DNA of 64,000 nucleotides, from contig OX597817.1 in NCBI GenBank assembly GCA_951406725.2, positions 47,492,001-47,556,000 on the forward strand, written 5' to 3'. Numbering within the stretch: the first letter of the stretch is position 1; each line of letters starts with the position of its first letter. A model generated the notes under the pieces. It was not told the origin of the DNA. It did no database searches and was given only the letters and a program-made list of their open reading frames with translations. The translations under genes and the position numbers were made by a program. Shown here piece by piece: positions 11,472 through 23,642 of this stretch. This DNA comes from Octopus vulgaris (Eukaryota).

Positions 11472-13450
11472 CATCATCATCATCATCATCGTTTAACGTC
11501 CGCTTTCCATGCTAGCATGGGTTGGACGGTTCAACTGGGGTCTGGGAAGCCCGAAGGCTGCACCAGGCCAGTCAGATGTGGCAGTGTTTCTACAGCTGGA
11601 TGCCCTTCCTAACGCCAACCACTCCGAGAGTGTAGTGGGTGATTTTATGTGCCACCGACACAGGTGCCAGACGAGGCTGGCAGACGGCCACGCTCGGATG
11701 GTGTTTTTTATGTGCCACCGACACAGGTGCCAGACGAGGCTGGCAGACGGCCACGCTCGGATGGTGTTTTCTTATGTGTCACCGACACAGGTGCCAGACG
11801 AGGCTGGCGGACGGCCACGCTCGGATGGTGTTTGTTACGTGCCCTCAGCACGGAGGCCAGTCATTGCGGTACTGGCTACGGTCACGTTCGGATGGTTTTC
11901 TTATGTGCCACCGGCACTAATTTCCACAAGGATACAAATTCCATTGATGTTCATCTATTTTGATTTGGTTCGATTTGATTCGATACGATTCGATTCTCAC
12001 TTGCCTCAACAGGTCTTCACAAGTGTCACAAGAAGGAAGGTATGCACAGGTGGACTGACTACGTCCCAGGTAGGGGCCACGGATTATGGCTTCACTAGTC
12101 TTGCCGGGTCTTCTCACGCACAGCATACTTCCATAGGTCTCGGTCTCTAGTCATTTCCATGGTGAGACCTAACGTCCGAAGGTCGTGCTTCACCACCTCG
12201 TCCCAGGTTTTCCTGGGTCTACCTCTTCCACGGGTTCCCTCAACTGCTAGGGATTGGCACTTTCTCACACACCTATCTTCATCCATTCTCGCCACATGAC
12301 CATACCAGCGCAATCGTCTCTCTTGCACACAACAACTGATGCTTCTTAGGTACAACATTTCTCTCAAGGTACTAACGCTCTGTCGAGTAAGTACACTGAC
12401 ATTACACATCCATCGGAGCATACTGGCTTCGTTCCTCACGAGCTTACGCATGTCCTCAGCAGTCACGGCCCATGTTTCACTGCCATGTAGCATAGCTGTT
12501 CGTACACATGCATCATACAGTCTGCCTTTTACTCTGAGCGAGAGGCCTTTAGTCACCAGCAGAGGTAAGAGCTCCCTAAACTTTGCCCAGGCTATTCTTA
12601 TTCTAGCAGTTACACTTTCAGCGCACCCACCCCCACTACTGACTTGGTCACCTAGATAGCGGAAGCTATCAACTACTTCTAGTTTTTCCCCCGGAAAGTG
12701 ACAGAAGTTGTTTTCTGCAGATTTTCGGAGGTCAATGCTCCAGAGCACCTGCCACATACAAAAACTATCTTCCCAGTTAGCCTACCTTTGACATTGCTGC
12801 ACCTCTTATGTGTCCATAGCTTACACTGGGTACATCTTATAGAGTTTCTACCTACACCTTTTCTACAGATCGAGCAGGGCCATCTTCCTGAGGATATTTG
12901 TGGGTTTTCTACCTTTCTACTTATTAGTACTTTGGTTTTAGCTAGGTTGACTCTAAGGCCCCTCGATTCTAAACCCTCCTTCCACACCTGGAACTTCTCC
13001 TCCAGTTCTGATAGTGACTCAGCGATTAGAGCGAGGTCGTCAGCATAGAGGAGCTCCCAGGGGCAACCTGTCTTGAATTCCTCCGTTATTGCCTGGAGGA
13101 CTATGATAAATAGGAGGGGGCTGAGTACTGAACCCTGGTGGACCCCAACCTCTACTTTGAATTCTTCTGTGTACATGTTGCCAACTCTAACCTTACTTAC
13201 GGCATCTCTGTACATGGCTTGCACAGCCCTCACCAGCCATTCATCTATCCCTAGTTTCCTCATTGACCACCAGATGAGGGATCGGGGGACCCTATCAAAG
13301 GCTTTCTCCATGTCAACGAAAGCCAGGTACAGGGGCTTATCCATGGCTAGGTATTTCTCCTGCAGCTGCCTTACCAGGAATATAGCATCAGTGGTGCTTT
13401 TCCCTGGGACAAACCCAAACTGCATCTCATCTAAACTAACTCTCTCTCTA

Positions 13451-13452
<2 letters not shown>
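11471..13452 (-). mobile_element. 5'-truncated RTE-clade LINE, young, with (ATG)n tail
   Basis: RT ORF pieces plus a ~620-bp 3'UTR containing ~61-bp tandem repeats (11645-11835) and a (ATG)n tail. Confidence 0.93.
12095..13450 (-). pseudogene. RTE reverse transcriptase (RT, internal Cys/His finger, thumb and C-terminus), one frameshift near 12690
   Basis: Motifs QFGF, FVDMEKAFD, GVHQGSVLSPLLF, YADD, FRYLG, RLRWYGHV, RGRGRPRKTW in ORFs 12679-13425 and 12095-12757. Confidence 0.93.
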
Positions 13453-13481
<29 letters not shown>

Positions 13482-15220
13482 CGACGAGCTTCTTTCAGTT
13501 TCCATTTACCAAATCCACTCACAAGGCTTTTGGTCAGCCTGAGGTTATAGTAGAAGACACTTGCCCAAGGTGCCATGCAGTAGGACTGAACCCAGAGCAT
13601 GTAATTAGGAAGCAAGCTTCTTACCACACAGCTATTGGAATAGTTACAGTCTCCATTGTAGTAGTGGTGGTGATGATGACACTGATGATGATGTTGTTGA
13701 TGGTGGAGGTGGTGTGGAAGGTGTTTTTTGATTTGTCCAGTATTTTTACTTTACAACAGCCTGTTTACAGTTTTTTTATTTTATTTTACCTTAACAACCT
13801 CCAGCCGATTCACCATGATAACAGATATAAAAATATCCAGTAAAACAAAACACACACACACATGCAAATAAAAGACAAGGCTAAAACAAAAATTTAAAAA
13901 ACAAAAAGTTTATTAGAACAATAATTTAACAACACATACAACAACAAACAACAATGACAACAACAACAACAACAAAAATCAATTCTTAATTTGAAATATT
14001 ACTACAGAAATTGTCAGTATTTAATTGAGAAAAAATAAAACATTAACTATTAAAGAAAATAAAATGTAATAATAACAACAGCAACAACAACAACCATATA
14101 AGGTGGTGGTGGTGGTAATGGTGACGATGTTTTATTTTTGTCTAAACACTAGCAGTATTTCATATGGGGTAATATAGTAAACCAAACTGGTCGTAGTTCT
14201 ATATCGGCAATTTGAACTTGGAAAGCCAGGTCAATTCTGGGCACTCGTAGGACTTAACATTAACTTACAAAGCAGAAAGATCTTCCACCAGAGTCAAGTG
14301 TTACTCTGCCACTCAAGGTTTGACTAACCCATGATCATGCAAAATGTACTTATTTCCATGTTCCATGAAAAAAGATAGGGTTCATAAAATGTCAGCTGTT
14401 AAGATCAAACTGAGAATGTGTTAAGCACACAAAATGCTATAAAATAATTTTGTTTTTATTTGTTACTATATGTCAGACAAACAGACAGACAATAATACTA
14501 TTTTTGCCATTTTCTTTTGACCTTTTTTATAACTACCTGACAGAACCCTGTTTAATGTGATCTAAAATATTAAAAAAAAAAAAAACTTTCATTAAAATTG
14601 CACATTAATTTATGTTCCAAACACTAGCTTAATAACGAGAAAATTATTTAACTAACCATTATTTTGAAAATTAATTTAAACAAAGGTGGAGTATTTTAAC
14701 CTTTAGCAACTGCATTTTTTTTTAGAATTGTTTCCCCCTTCCACTGCCTACCTTGTTACCACAGGGGAGAAAACTCATATAGTGACATGATGCACTTACA
14801 GTGAGCTAAAGGTTACAGGATATTTTTTTTTAAATATAAATGTACACTTTTCCATGTTTGCATGAACCAAACGGAATTTGCTGAGGTGAATTTTCTATGT
14901 CTGGGTGCCCTTGCTGTTGCTAACCTTCACTTGTCCAAGGGAGGCAATATGTATCCATGAGCTGGCATATTTTCAGGGATGACTGGAAACGAAGGACACC
15001 AGTTGTATGACAATGACACTCAGTTACAACTATCACACAATGTCAAGGCAAAGAGACAGTAACACACACACATGATGGGCTTCTTTCAGTTTCCATCTAC
15101 CAAATCCACTTACAAAACTTTAGCAGAAAACACTTGCCCAAGGTGCCACTCAGTGGGACTGAACCTGGAACCATGTGGTTTCGAAACAAGCTTCCAACCA
15201 CAAAGCCACACCTACACCTT

Positions 15221-15276
<56 letters not shown>

Positions 15277-15277
<1 letters not shown>

Positions 15278-16297
15278 CATCATTGCTTAACGTTCGCTTT
15301 CCATGCTGGCATGGGTTGGACGATTTGACTGAGGACTGGCAAATCAGGAGGCTGCACCAGGCTCCAATCTTGATCTGGCAGAGTTTCTACAGCTGGATGC
15401 CCTTCCTAACGCCAACCACTCTCAGAGTGTAGTGGGTGTTTTTACGTGCCACCGACACTAGAGCCAGTCAGGCGGTACTGGCAATGTCCATGAAAAAATT
15501 GCGTTTTTATTTTATTTTTGTTTTTTACATGTCACCTGCACACCGGCACAAGTGCCAGTAATGCGACGCTGGTAATGATCACGCTTGAATGGTGCTTCTT
15601 ACGTTCCACCGGCACGAACGCCAGTTGGCCGCTCTGGCAACAATCATGCTCAGATGGTGCTCTTAGTGCTCCACTAGCACGGATGCCAGTCATCGAATTT
15701 GATTTCAATTTCGCTTGCCTCAACAGGTCTTCGCAAGCAGTGTCCAATGAAGGGAAGGTATGCATAAGTGGGCTGGTTACACCCCTGGCTTAGGCCACAA
15801 GGTTATGGTCTCTACTTGGCTTGCCAGGTCTTCTCAAGCACAGCATATTTCCAAAAGTCTCGGTCACTGTTCATTGCCTCAGTGAGACCTAATGTTCGAA
15901 GGTCGTGCTTCACCATTTCATCCCAGGTCTTCTTGTGTCTACCTCTTCTACAGGCTCCCTCAACCGCTAGGGTGTGGCACTTTTTCACACAGCTTTCCTC
16001 ATCCATTCTCGCCACATGATTATACCAGTGCAGTCGTCTCTCTTGCACACTACATCTGATGCTTTTTAGATCCAACATTTCTCTCAAGGTACTTACACTC
16101 TGTTTGTATAGACACTGACATTTCACATCCATCGGATCATACTATCTTCATTCCTCGCAAAGTTACGCATCTCCTCAGCAGTCACGGCCCACGTTTCACT
16201 GCCATGTAGCATGGCTGTTCGTACACATGTGTCATAGTCTACCTATTACTCTGAGCAAGAGGCCCTTTGTCACCAGCAGAGGTAAGAGGTCTCTAAG
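15277..16297 (-). mobile_element. Older 5'-truncated RTE copy of the same family
   Basis: ORF 15812-16132 (RRLHWYNHVARM...KKTWDEMVKHDLRTLGL) is nearly identical to the 12095 ORF C-terminus, with frameshifts upstream and the same 3'UTR. Confidence 0.9.
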
Positions 16298-16351
16298 TCA
16301 GTGCTCCAGCATGGTCCCAGTCAAATGACTGACACAACTAAAAGAATAAAA

Positions 16352-16436
<85 letters not shown>

Positions 16437-16867
16437 ATACATCTGTGTGTGTGTGTTTGTGTCTCTTTGTCTTCACATTGCATGATTGTTATAAATGAAT
16501 GTCATTCGTTCATTTCCTATATTGGTAGATGGAAACTGAAAGGAGACCCTCGTGTTTGCGTGTGTGTAAGCATGTGTTACTGTTTCCTTGCCTTAACATC
16601 ACATGATGGTTGTGAACAAGCATCAGTATCATGCTTAAGTTATCTTTATTTCCTACATCTTTTGTAAGCACTCCCAGCCACGGAGAAATATTGCCGTACT
16701 CGGAAACAGGTGAGGTTTGGCAATGGGACAGGCATCTGGCTGTAGATAATTCACCTCAATAAATTTCATACAGTCTATGAGAGCCTAGAAAAGTGGACAT
16801 TATGATGATGATGTTGATGAAAGTAAAATTGAAAGATCAGTTTTGCAAAAACAGAAACTAACTCTGG

Positions 16868-17527
16868 ACGGCGAGCTGGTAGAAACTTTAGCACACCAGG
16901 CGAAATGCTTAGTGGTATTTTGTCTGCCACTACATTCTGAGTTCAAATTCTGCCATTCTCGACTTTACCTTTCATCCTTTCGGGGTTGATTAAATAAGTA
17001 CCAGTTACGCACTGGGGTCGCTATAATTGACTTAATCCGTTTGTCTGTCCTTGTTTGTCCCCTCTGTGTTTAGCCCCTTGTGGGTAGTAAAGAAATAGGT
17101 ATTTCTTCTGTCGTTACGTTCTGAGTTCAAATTCTGCCGAGGTCGACTTTGCCTTTCATTCTTTCAGAGTCAATTTAATAAATACCAGTTACACACTGGG
17201 GTGGATGTTATTGACTTAAACCGTTTGTCTATCCTTGTTTGTCCCCTCTATGTTTAGCCTACTGTGGGCAACAAAGAAATAAATATTTGTATATTATAAA
17301 GTGGCGAACTGGCAGAAATGTTAGCACGCCGGGTGAAATGCTTAGCGGTATTTTGTCTGTATTTATGTTCTGAGTTCAAATTCCGCCGAGGTCAACTTTG
17401 CCTTTTATCCTTTTGGGGTCGATAAATTAAGTACCAGTTATGCACTGGAGTCAATGTAATCAACTTAATTCCTTTGTCTGTCCTTGTTTGTCCCCTTTAT
17501 GTTTAGCCCCTTGTGGGCAATAAAGAA
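16868..17527 (+). mobile_element. SINE family B cluster (dimer plus monomer)
   Basis: Three ~190-230-bp units with heads at ~16868 and ~17300. GAAACTAACTCTGGAC recurs at ~16854-16869 and ~17540-17555, a likely TSD. Confidence 0.85.
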
Positions 17528-17954
17528 AAAAGAAAAAAGAAACTAACTCTGGACTGCATTCATCATCAACATTAATGGTTTAACAAAATCCAACGAGCCA
17601 AAGGGTTGTGTTGAGCTCCAGTGTCATCTTACACATGGCTTCTATGCCAACCACTTTACAAAGTGTATTGGATGGGTGTTTTCGTGGCACTGGCATTAGT
17701 GGAGTTGCCAAGTTAATTGAAAGACAAGGGAAGAAAAGACAGAAGGGAAAATAACAAGAAGGAAAATGAAAAGGAAAAAAAGAAGAAAAAGGGCAAAAAG
17801 CCTTCTTAACTAAATAGGGGTTGGTTGGTATTTCAGAGGGGGAAGTAGGAATGATGGTTCTACACCATGTTGTGAGAGGATGGAGTTTTGCCAGAGATAC
17901 AAGATCACACTGGATTATATAAGGGTGAGAGCAGCTGGAACGAGAACAGTAGAG

Positions 17955-18060
17955 ATGGTGGTGGTGGTGATGATGGCAGTGGTGGTGGTGGCGGTGATGA
18001 TGGCAGTGGTGGTGGTCGCGGTGATGATGGCAGTGGTGGTGGCAACAGCAGAGGTGGTGA
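17955..18060. repeat. (GGT/GAT) compound triplet minisatellite
   Basis: GTGATGATGGCAGTGGTGGTGGT unit repeated three times. Confidence 0.85.
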
Positions 18061-18645
18061 GATGCTGGACCATCCCAGTGCCACTGCTTGTCAGAAATGA
18101 ACAGAACACAATCAAGGATTGATATCCTTATATCCTTATCTTTACTGGGTCACAGTGACAAGAGAGGGTTTTTTTGTTTTTTTTTGGCACTTGATGAAAT
18201 GCTGTATTATGCTGCAGATCTGATCAATGCCTATACTAACATGGAGAAAGAAAAAAAAAGAAAGAAACCAGACATGAAAAAAAAAAAAAAAACGAAAGAA
18301 AAAAAAATATGATGATGATGATGACAACTATTAAGATAGGTACATGGCTATTAAGACTCAGTTGTAGATACTAGTGACAGATTGTCATCCAATCCAGTGG
18401 GCCTTCACTAATCTACTTGATGCTCCATAATCCACAACTTAATCACAGCTCTCTGAATCCTCAGGGTTTATGGAATTATTTAACCAAAACAAGAAAAAGA
18501 AAGAAGAGGTAAAAAATAAGCAAAAATTCATTCTTAGAAAATCTGCTGCAATATTTTAATTATTGGGTTTTTTTTTTTAATTCCTTTCCCCCTTTTTTGT
18601 GCCTTTAGGATTGTTGCTTTTCCATTATTAACACAATGATTTTTT

Positions 18646-18694
<49 letters not shown>

Positions 18695-19187
18695 CAGCAG
18701 TAGAAGCAGCAGCAGCAGTTTGTTTAGTTTCTGTATTCTGAAGCTGATTTTGGCACTTCTAGATGATATATTATTCAATATAATTTAAAATAAAATTTCC
18801 CTCCCTTCCCGCCCGTTACCCTCCGCCCCCCACCACCACCACCCTGGTATGCCCCCACCCCCACCCAACACCTCTCCGAAAAAGAAAAGGAACGAAAAGA
18901 AAAAAAAGAAGAAAGACAAAAAAAACTACACAAAAGGTATCATAATAGAAGTCATATTGAATAACAATATTTAATGGTGAAAAAGAACTATAACAACATC
19001 AATAACAACAACGATAATAATAGTAATAATAATAATGATAACAAGAACAATAACATCGAGTTTGAAACAAAAGAAAACATCATTGGTTATCTGTTACTCA
19101 CTCTCTCTTACTTTTACTTTCATTTTCACCCCCGCCTCTCTATCTCACCTTCCCTATAGCTTACCCTCACTCACACACTATCTTTCA

Positions 19188-19222
<35 letters not shown>

Positions 19223-19379
19223 TCTCTCCAAGATAACAAATCACAAATAAGTAAGTGGGAGTGAATACAAAAAAAAAACCTAAAGAAATAAAAGGAAATA
19301 TAGATTTTAAAACAGAAGCAAGTTATTAAATTAGAATAAAAATGAGTGAAACAGAACATCATCCAACAGAATCACGATG

Positions 19380-19393
19380 TGAGAGAGTGAGAG

Positions 19394-19438
<45 letters not shown>

Positions 19439-19729
19439 GGAGAAGGGGAGGAGAGGCATGCATGTGTATGTGTGTGTCAATGCATGCAGTTGGTTACGGA
19501 AATTAATGTGTATGTCAGTGGGTATATATATATACATATATACACACACATATATATATATATACATATACACACACACACACATATATATAAATATACA
19601 CACACACACACATACATATATATAAATATACACACACACATATATATATATACATGCATACATACACCTATATATATATACATGCATACAAACATACATA
19701 CATAATATATATATATGTATGTGTATATG

Positions 19730-19770
<41 letters not shown>

Positions 19771-19886
19771 ATACATATATAATGTAAATATAACAAGTAT
19801 ATAATATATACCTGCATGACACAACACAAGCATACAACACCTACATACAGTATATATATGTGCATGTGTGTGTGTATATATACATA

Positions 19887-19923
<37 letters not shown>

Positions 19924-20008
19924 CTATTACATACAAGAGAGTGAGAGGTGGGGTGAGAGGGCAAGAGAAAGAGATAATGTTCAAGAAAATTCACACACAT
20001 ACACACAC

Positions 20009-20060
<52 letters not shown>

Positions 20061-20158
20061 TAAATACATAGAGAGAGCGATACGAATATTCGAGTGAATT
20101 ATTGTTTTGCATGTGTGTTCATGATGGTTACTGCAAATACACGAGTTACACTGCGCGC

Positions 20159-20189
<31 letters not shown>

Positions 20190-20190
20190 C
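19380..20190. repeat. Compound (GA)n/(TA)n/(CA)n microsatellite tract
   Basis: Seen directly; the source of many spurious YI/HT/VC ORFs. Confidence 0.9.
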
Positions 20191-22229
20191 GCATGGTGCG
20201 CATTTTAGCCCACCTCCCTCCCATCGCCTTATACAGTGTAATTTTGTTAAACAATACACATAGATTCATATTCATATATCGTGAATTATTGTATTATTTC
20301 TTTATACATCATTCTGTTTATGTAATATAGAAATGTAAAGGAGAGTGGGGGGTAAGGGTGGGGGAGTGGGTAAAAAAAGGGTGGGGTGAGGTGGGGTGGG
20401 GGAACAATGAGGACAGGAAAAAGAGAAAGATAGATAAAGCAGAAAGAAGAATCTGCTTTTTAAACAACCTCAGAGACAGAGACACAGAGAGAGAGAGAGA
20501 GAAAACGAGAGACAAGAGAAATGCAAAGAGAGAGAGAGAGAGAGAGAAAAGAGAGACAGAGAAATGCAAAGAGAGAGAGAGAGAGAGAGAGAGAAAATTA
20601 TACAAATATGTCAAGATAAATGTGCATTTAATCAGAAGCTCTCCAAGAGAAAGTGAAATGCTACAGAATGTATGCGCTGTTTAATAACAAACCGTTTCTG
20701 TTTGGCAACACCACGAGACTGAGGTGCAATAATGGTTACCATCTTAAATCAGTGTCATTTCTGATGATTTCAAAGAAATAACAAGTAAAAAAAAAAGAAA
20801 AAAAAAAAAGAAAATAGAATTATATAAATTTCTTCAGCTTGAGGGACCGAAATCTCTAACTTCTATTCTCATATTTCGTCTCAAGACTATCGTTTAAATA
20901 TTATTATGGTGGTAGAAGATTCAATAGCAGTAATAGAAGAAGAAGTAGAAGTAGAAGAAGAAGACAAAGAAGACGAAGAAGAAGAGAGGGAGGGGGAGGA
21001 GGAGGTGGTGGTAGTGGTGTGGTGATTTTGGTGGTGGTGGTGGTGATTTTGGTGGTGGCTGTGGTGGCGATGAAAGTAGATTTCTTTCAGTTTTTTGGGT
21101 TTCTTTTTTTTTTGTTTTCCTTTCCTTGTATTTTAATTTCTTCTACTTCCAGTTGGATATTTGAAAGAAATCAAAATGTAAAATGAAATTTTATATACCT
21201 GGTCTTATCATAAATAATATTTTTATGTCAAGATTTTTGAAAACAAGAAAAAAATACCAAAAAGCCAAAACAAGAGGGAAAAGAGAGAAAAAAAAATGAT
21301 CACATTCTGTAATTTACTGTAGATCTCTATTGCTATTAATGACAGTTTGCCAACAACTGAAAATATTTTTCAATCCATATTTATAAAATTTCATTTATTT
21401 TGATGCAGAAGAAGAAGCAAAACCTTGTTTATATTAAGACAAATAAAAGAATATTCTGATTTTGTTTAAGTTAGTTTTGCTTTTGTAAACTGCTGAAGTC
21501 ATGAAGATCTGAAGAAATCAGAGAAAATGGAGAAGGATTACAGAGGATGTAGAAGTTTTCCACAGGAAAATTCTATCTCTGTGAATTCCTGTAATCTTTT
21601 CTGGTTAACCAAAGATTGTGTTTTCTTTTTCTGGTTATTCTTATTACCATTTCCCCACCACCACCACCACTACCAGCCATTCAAGATTTTGGACCTGGAG
21701 ATCTCCATTTTCAGCGACTTCGAGGGCCACCTCCCAGTGGTGTTGGGCGTCAACGAAGAGCCCTCGACTACAACAAGATGATCAAAGTTTCCCCCCCCCC
21801 CAAGGTCTGGGGGTCTCCCGCCCCTAAGCCCTAGACCATCACCTAATCACCCTTACCCGTCTTGGTGCTTAACAAGAACAACAACAACAACCACTACTAC
21901 CAAATTTCCAGTCAACCTAGTTTCAGAAGACATATCTTTTATCTTCTATCCTTTACATTTTGCACTCATGAAACTACAGCCATGCAGGGGCACCTGATAT
22001 GGCTCATTTAAATGCTAACGGATTTAGCTAAATAAGCAGAAAGTCTCTCAGAACTTTGGTATCGCCACAAAACCAGTGCAGCGCAAATAATGCATGTAAA
22101 CACACAGTAGCACAATGCCACCTACAGCCACACAGTGAACTACACTACCAGCCATGGGAATACCAAGCAGTTCCTCATAATCCATCGGGATTAAAGGAGG
22201 TGCCAGAACATCTGTAGCCAGAAAATTTA

Positions 22230-22634
22230 TAGGCGTAGGAGTGGCTGAGTGGTAAGTAGCTTGCTTACGAACCACATGGTTCTGAGTTCAGTCCCACTGT
22301 GTGACGCCTTGGGCAAGTGTCTTCTACTATAGCCCCGGGCCGACCAAAGCCTTGTAAGTGGATTTGGTTGACGGAAACTGAAAGAAGCCCATCGTATATA
22401 TGTATATATATATATGTGTGTGTGTTTGTGTGTCTGTGTTTGTCCCACCAACATCGCTTGACAACTGATGCTGGTGTGTTTACGTCCCCGTAACTTAGCA
22501 GTTCGGCAAAAGAAACCAGTAGAATAAGTACTAGGCTTACAACGAATAAGTCCTGGGGTCGATTTGTTCGACTAATAGGCGGTGCTCCAGCATGGCCGCA
22601 GTCAAATGACTGAAACAAGTAAAAGAGTAAAGAG
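22230..22634 (+). mobile_element. SINE family A, best full-length copy
   Basis: Head AGGCGTAGGAGTGGCTGAGTGGTAAG (A box), GAGTTCAGTCCC (B box), GACGCCTTGGGCAAGT (CORE-like), central TA/TG run, tail GAAACAAGTAAAAGAGTAAAGAG. Confidence 0.9.
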
Positions 22635-23334
22635 GTTCATCTGTAAATGCAAACTCCAAAAATACATATACACTCACAATGGCCCTAATTAAAATATCTT
22701 GGTGTTAAAACTTGCATAGACCTAAAATCAAATTTTAAAATTCATATTATTGTAATTAATATTATAATTCTAATTGGTTACTCATTATATAATGAATGAG
22801 AGGACGATATATTCTTATCTTTACGCTTAGTGTATTTAGAGAAAATAAATTCATTGGATTAGCTGCAACGTTGAAGTTTAATGACTTAGTATTAACTGAA
22901 CTCTTAATTACAGTGGATATATATTTTTTTTTAATGCTTTTTGCATCGTTTCTTTGCATAAGTAATGACTTCTGCACAGTGTCTGTCTACCAGATTCACT
23001 CAAAAGGCATTGGTTCATCCAAGGCTAAAAATAGAGAACACGTGTTCAAGGTGCCATGCAGGGGGACTGAACTCAAAAGAGTGCAGTGCAGAAAAGAACA
23101 TTTTAACCTCACAGCAAAACATCTGGGTGAAACCCATAGACGCAGCACTCCAAGAATTCCACGTCTTCATCTTACTGAGAACCAAACAGCATGTTCCTGT
23201 GTGTTTTGAAGGAAGCAATGAAACAACTTGAGCGTATTGTGTTTCATCTCTTATTCAACACGCTAACAACAGCAGTCAAATCTCCCTCAAGTTAATCCCT
23301 GCTGTTTCAATACACACACACACATATATATATA

Positions 23335-23527
23335 TAGTTAATCCAAACATGAAAACACAAAGAGAAAACACAACAATGCGAGGACGTGGAATGAGTATAG
23401 TATTATTGGATGCTCAGGAAAGAAGTAGAGAAGGAGGGTTTAACGTTTCAAGTGGAGCTCTTCATCAGAAACATAGGAAAAGGAAAGATACAAAGAAGGG
23501 AAGATGGAGGAAAAAAATCGCCAACAA
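23335..23527 (-). mobile_element. Penelope-like terminal-repeat fragment with minimal hammerhead motif (23438-23472)
   Basis: Minus strand reads GTTT CTGATGA A GAGC TCC ACTT GAAAC GTT AAAC. Confidence 0.6.
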
Positions 23528-23642
23528 TTTATATATATATATATTCGATTTGAGGTTGTGTTAACCTAAGTGAAGATGATTAATCTGCTGTTAATGATAA
23601 ACACTTATTAACTTCCCAATCTCCATTTCCTTCTTTTATATA

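Larger units (their letters stand above)
11259..13635 (-). mobile_element. SINE family A split by the RTE insertion (tail 11259-11470, head 13453-13635)
   Basis: The two halves are collinear with the intact copy at 22230-22634 and are separated at the central (TA)n. Confidence 0.8.

Noticed and set aside
11645-11835. Regularly spaced repeats superficially like a CRISPR array
   Set aside because: Units are fully tandem with no unique spacers and lie in a eukaryotic LINE 3'UTR.
12339-13843. Long plus-strand ORFs (12339, 12698, 13073; also 29810-30343)
   Set aside because: They are antisense shadows of the RTE and CR1 coding frames.
19331-20071. Many YIYI/HTHT/VCVC ORFs here and at 836-1231, 36664-36950, 38230-38778, 48014-48349, 54566-55321 and 57660-58252
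   Set aside because: These are translations of (TA)n/(CA)n microsatellites.
22230-22305. tRNA-like sequences with A/B boxes (also 4260, 32420-32495, 52593-52665)
   Set aside because: They are SINE heads, with no intact acceptor stem and continuous with repeated bodies, not tRNA genes.
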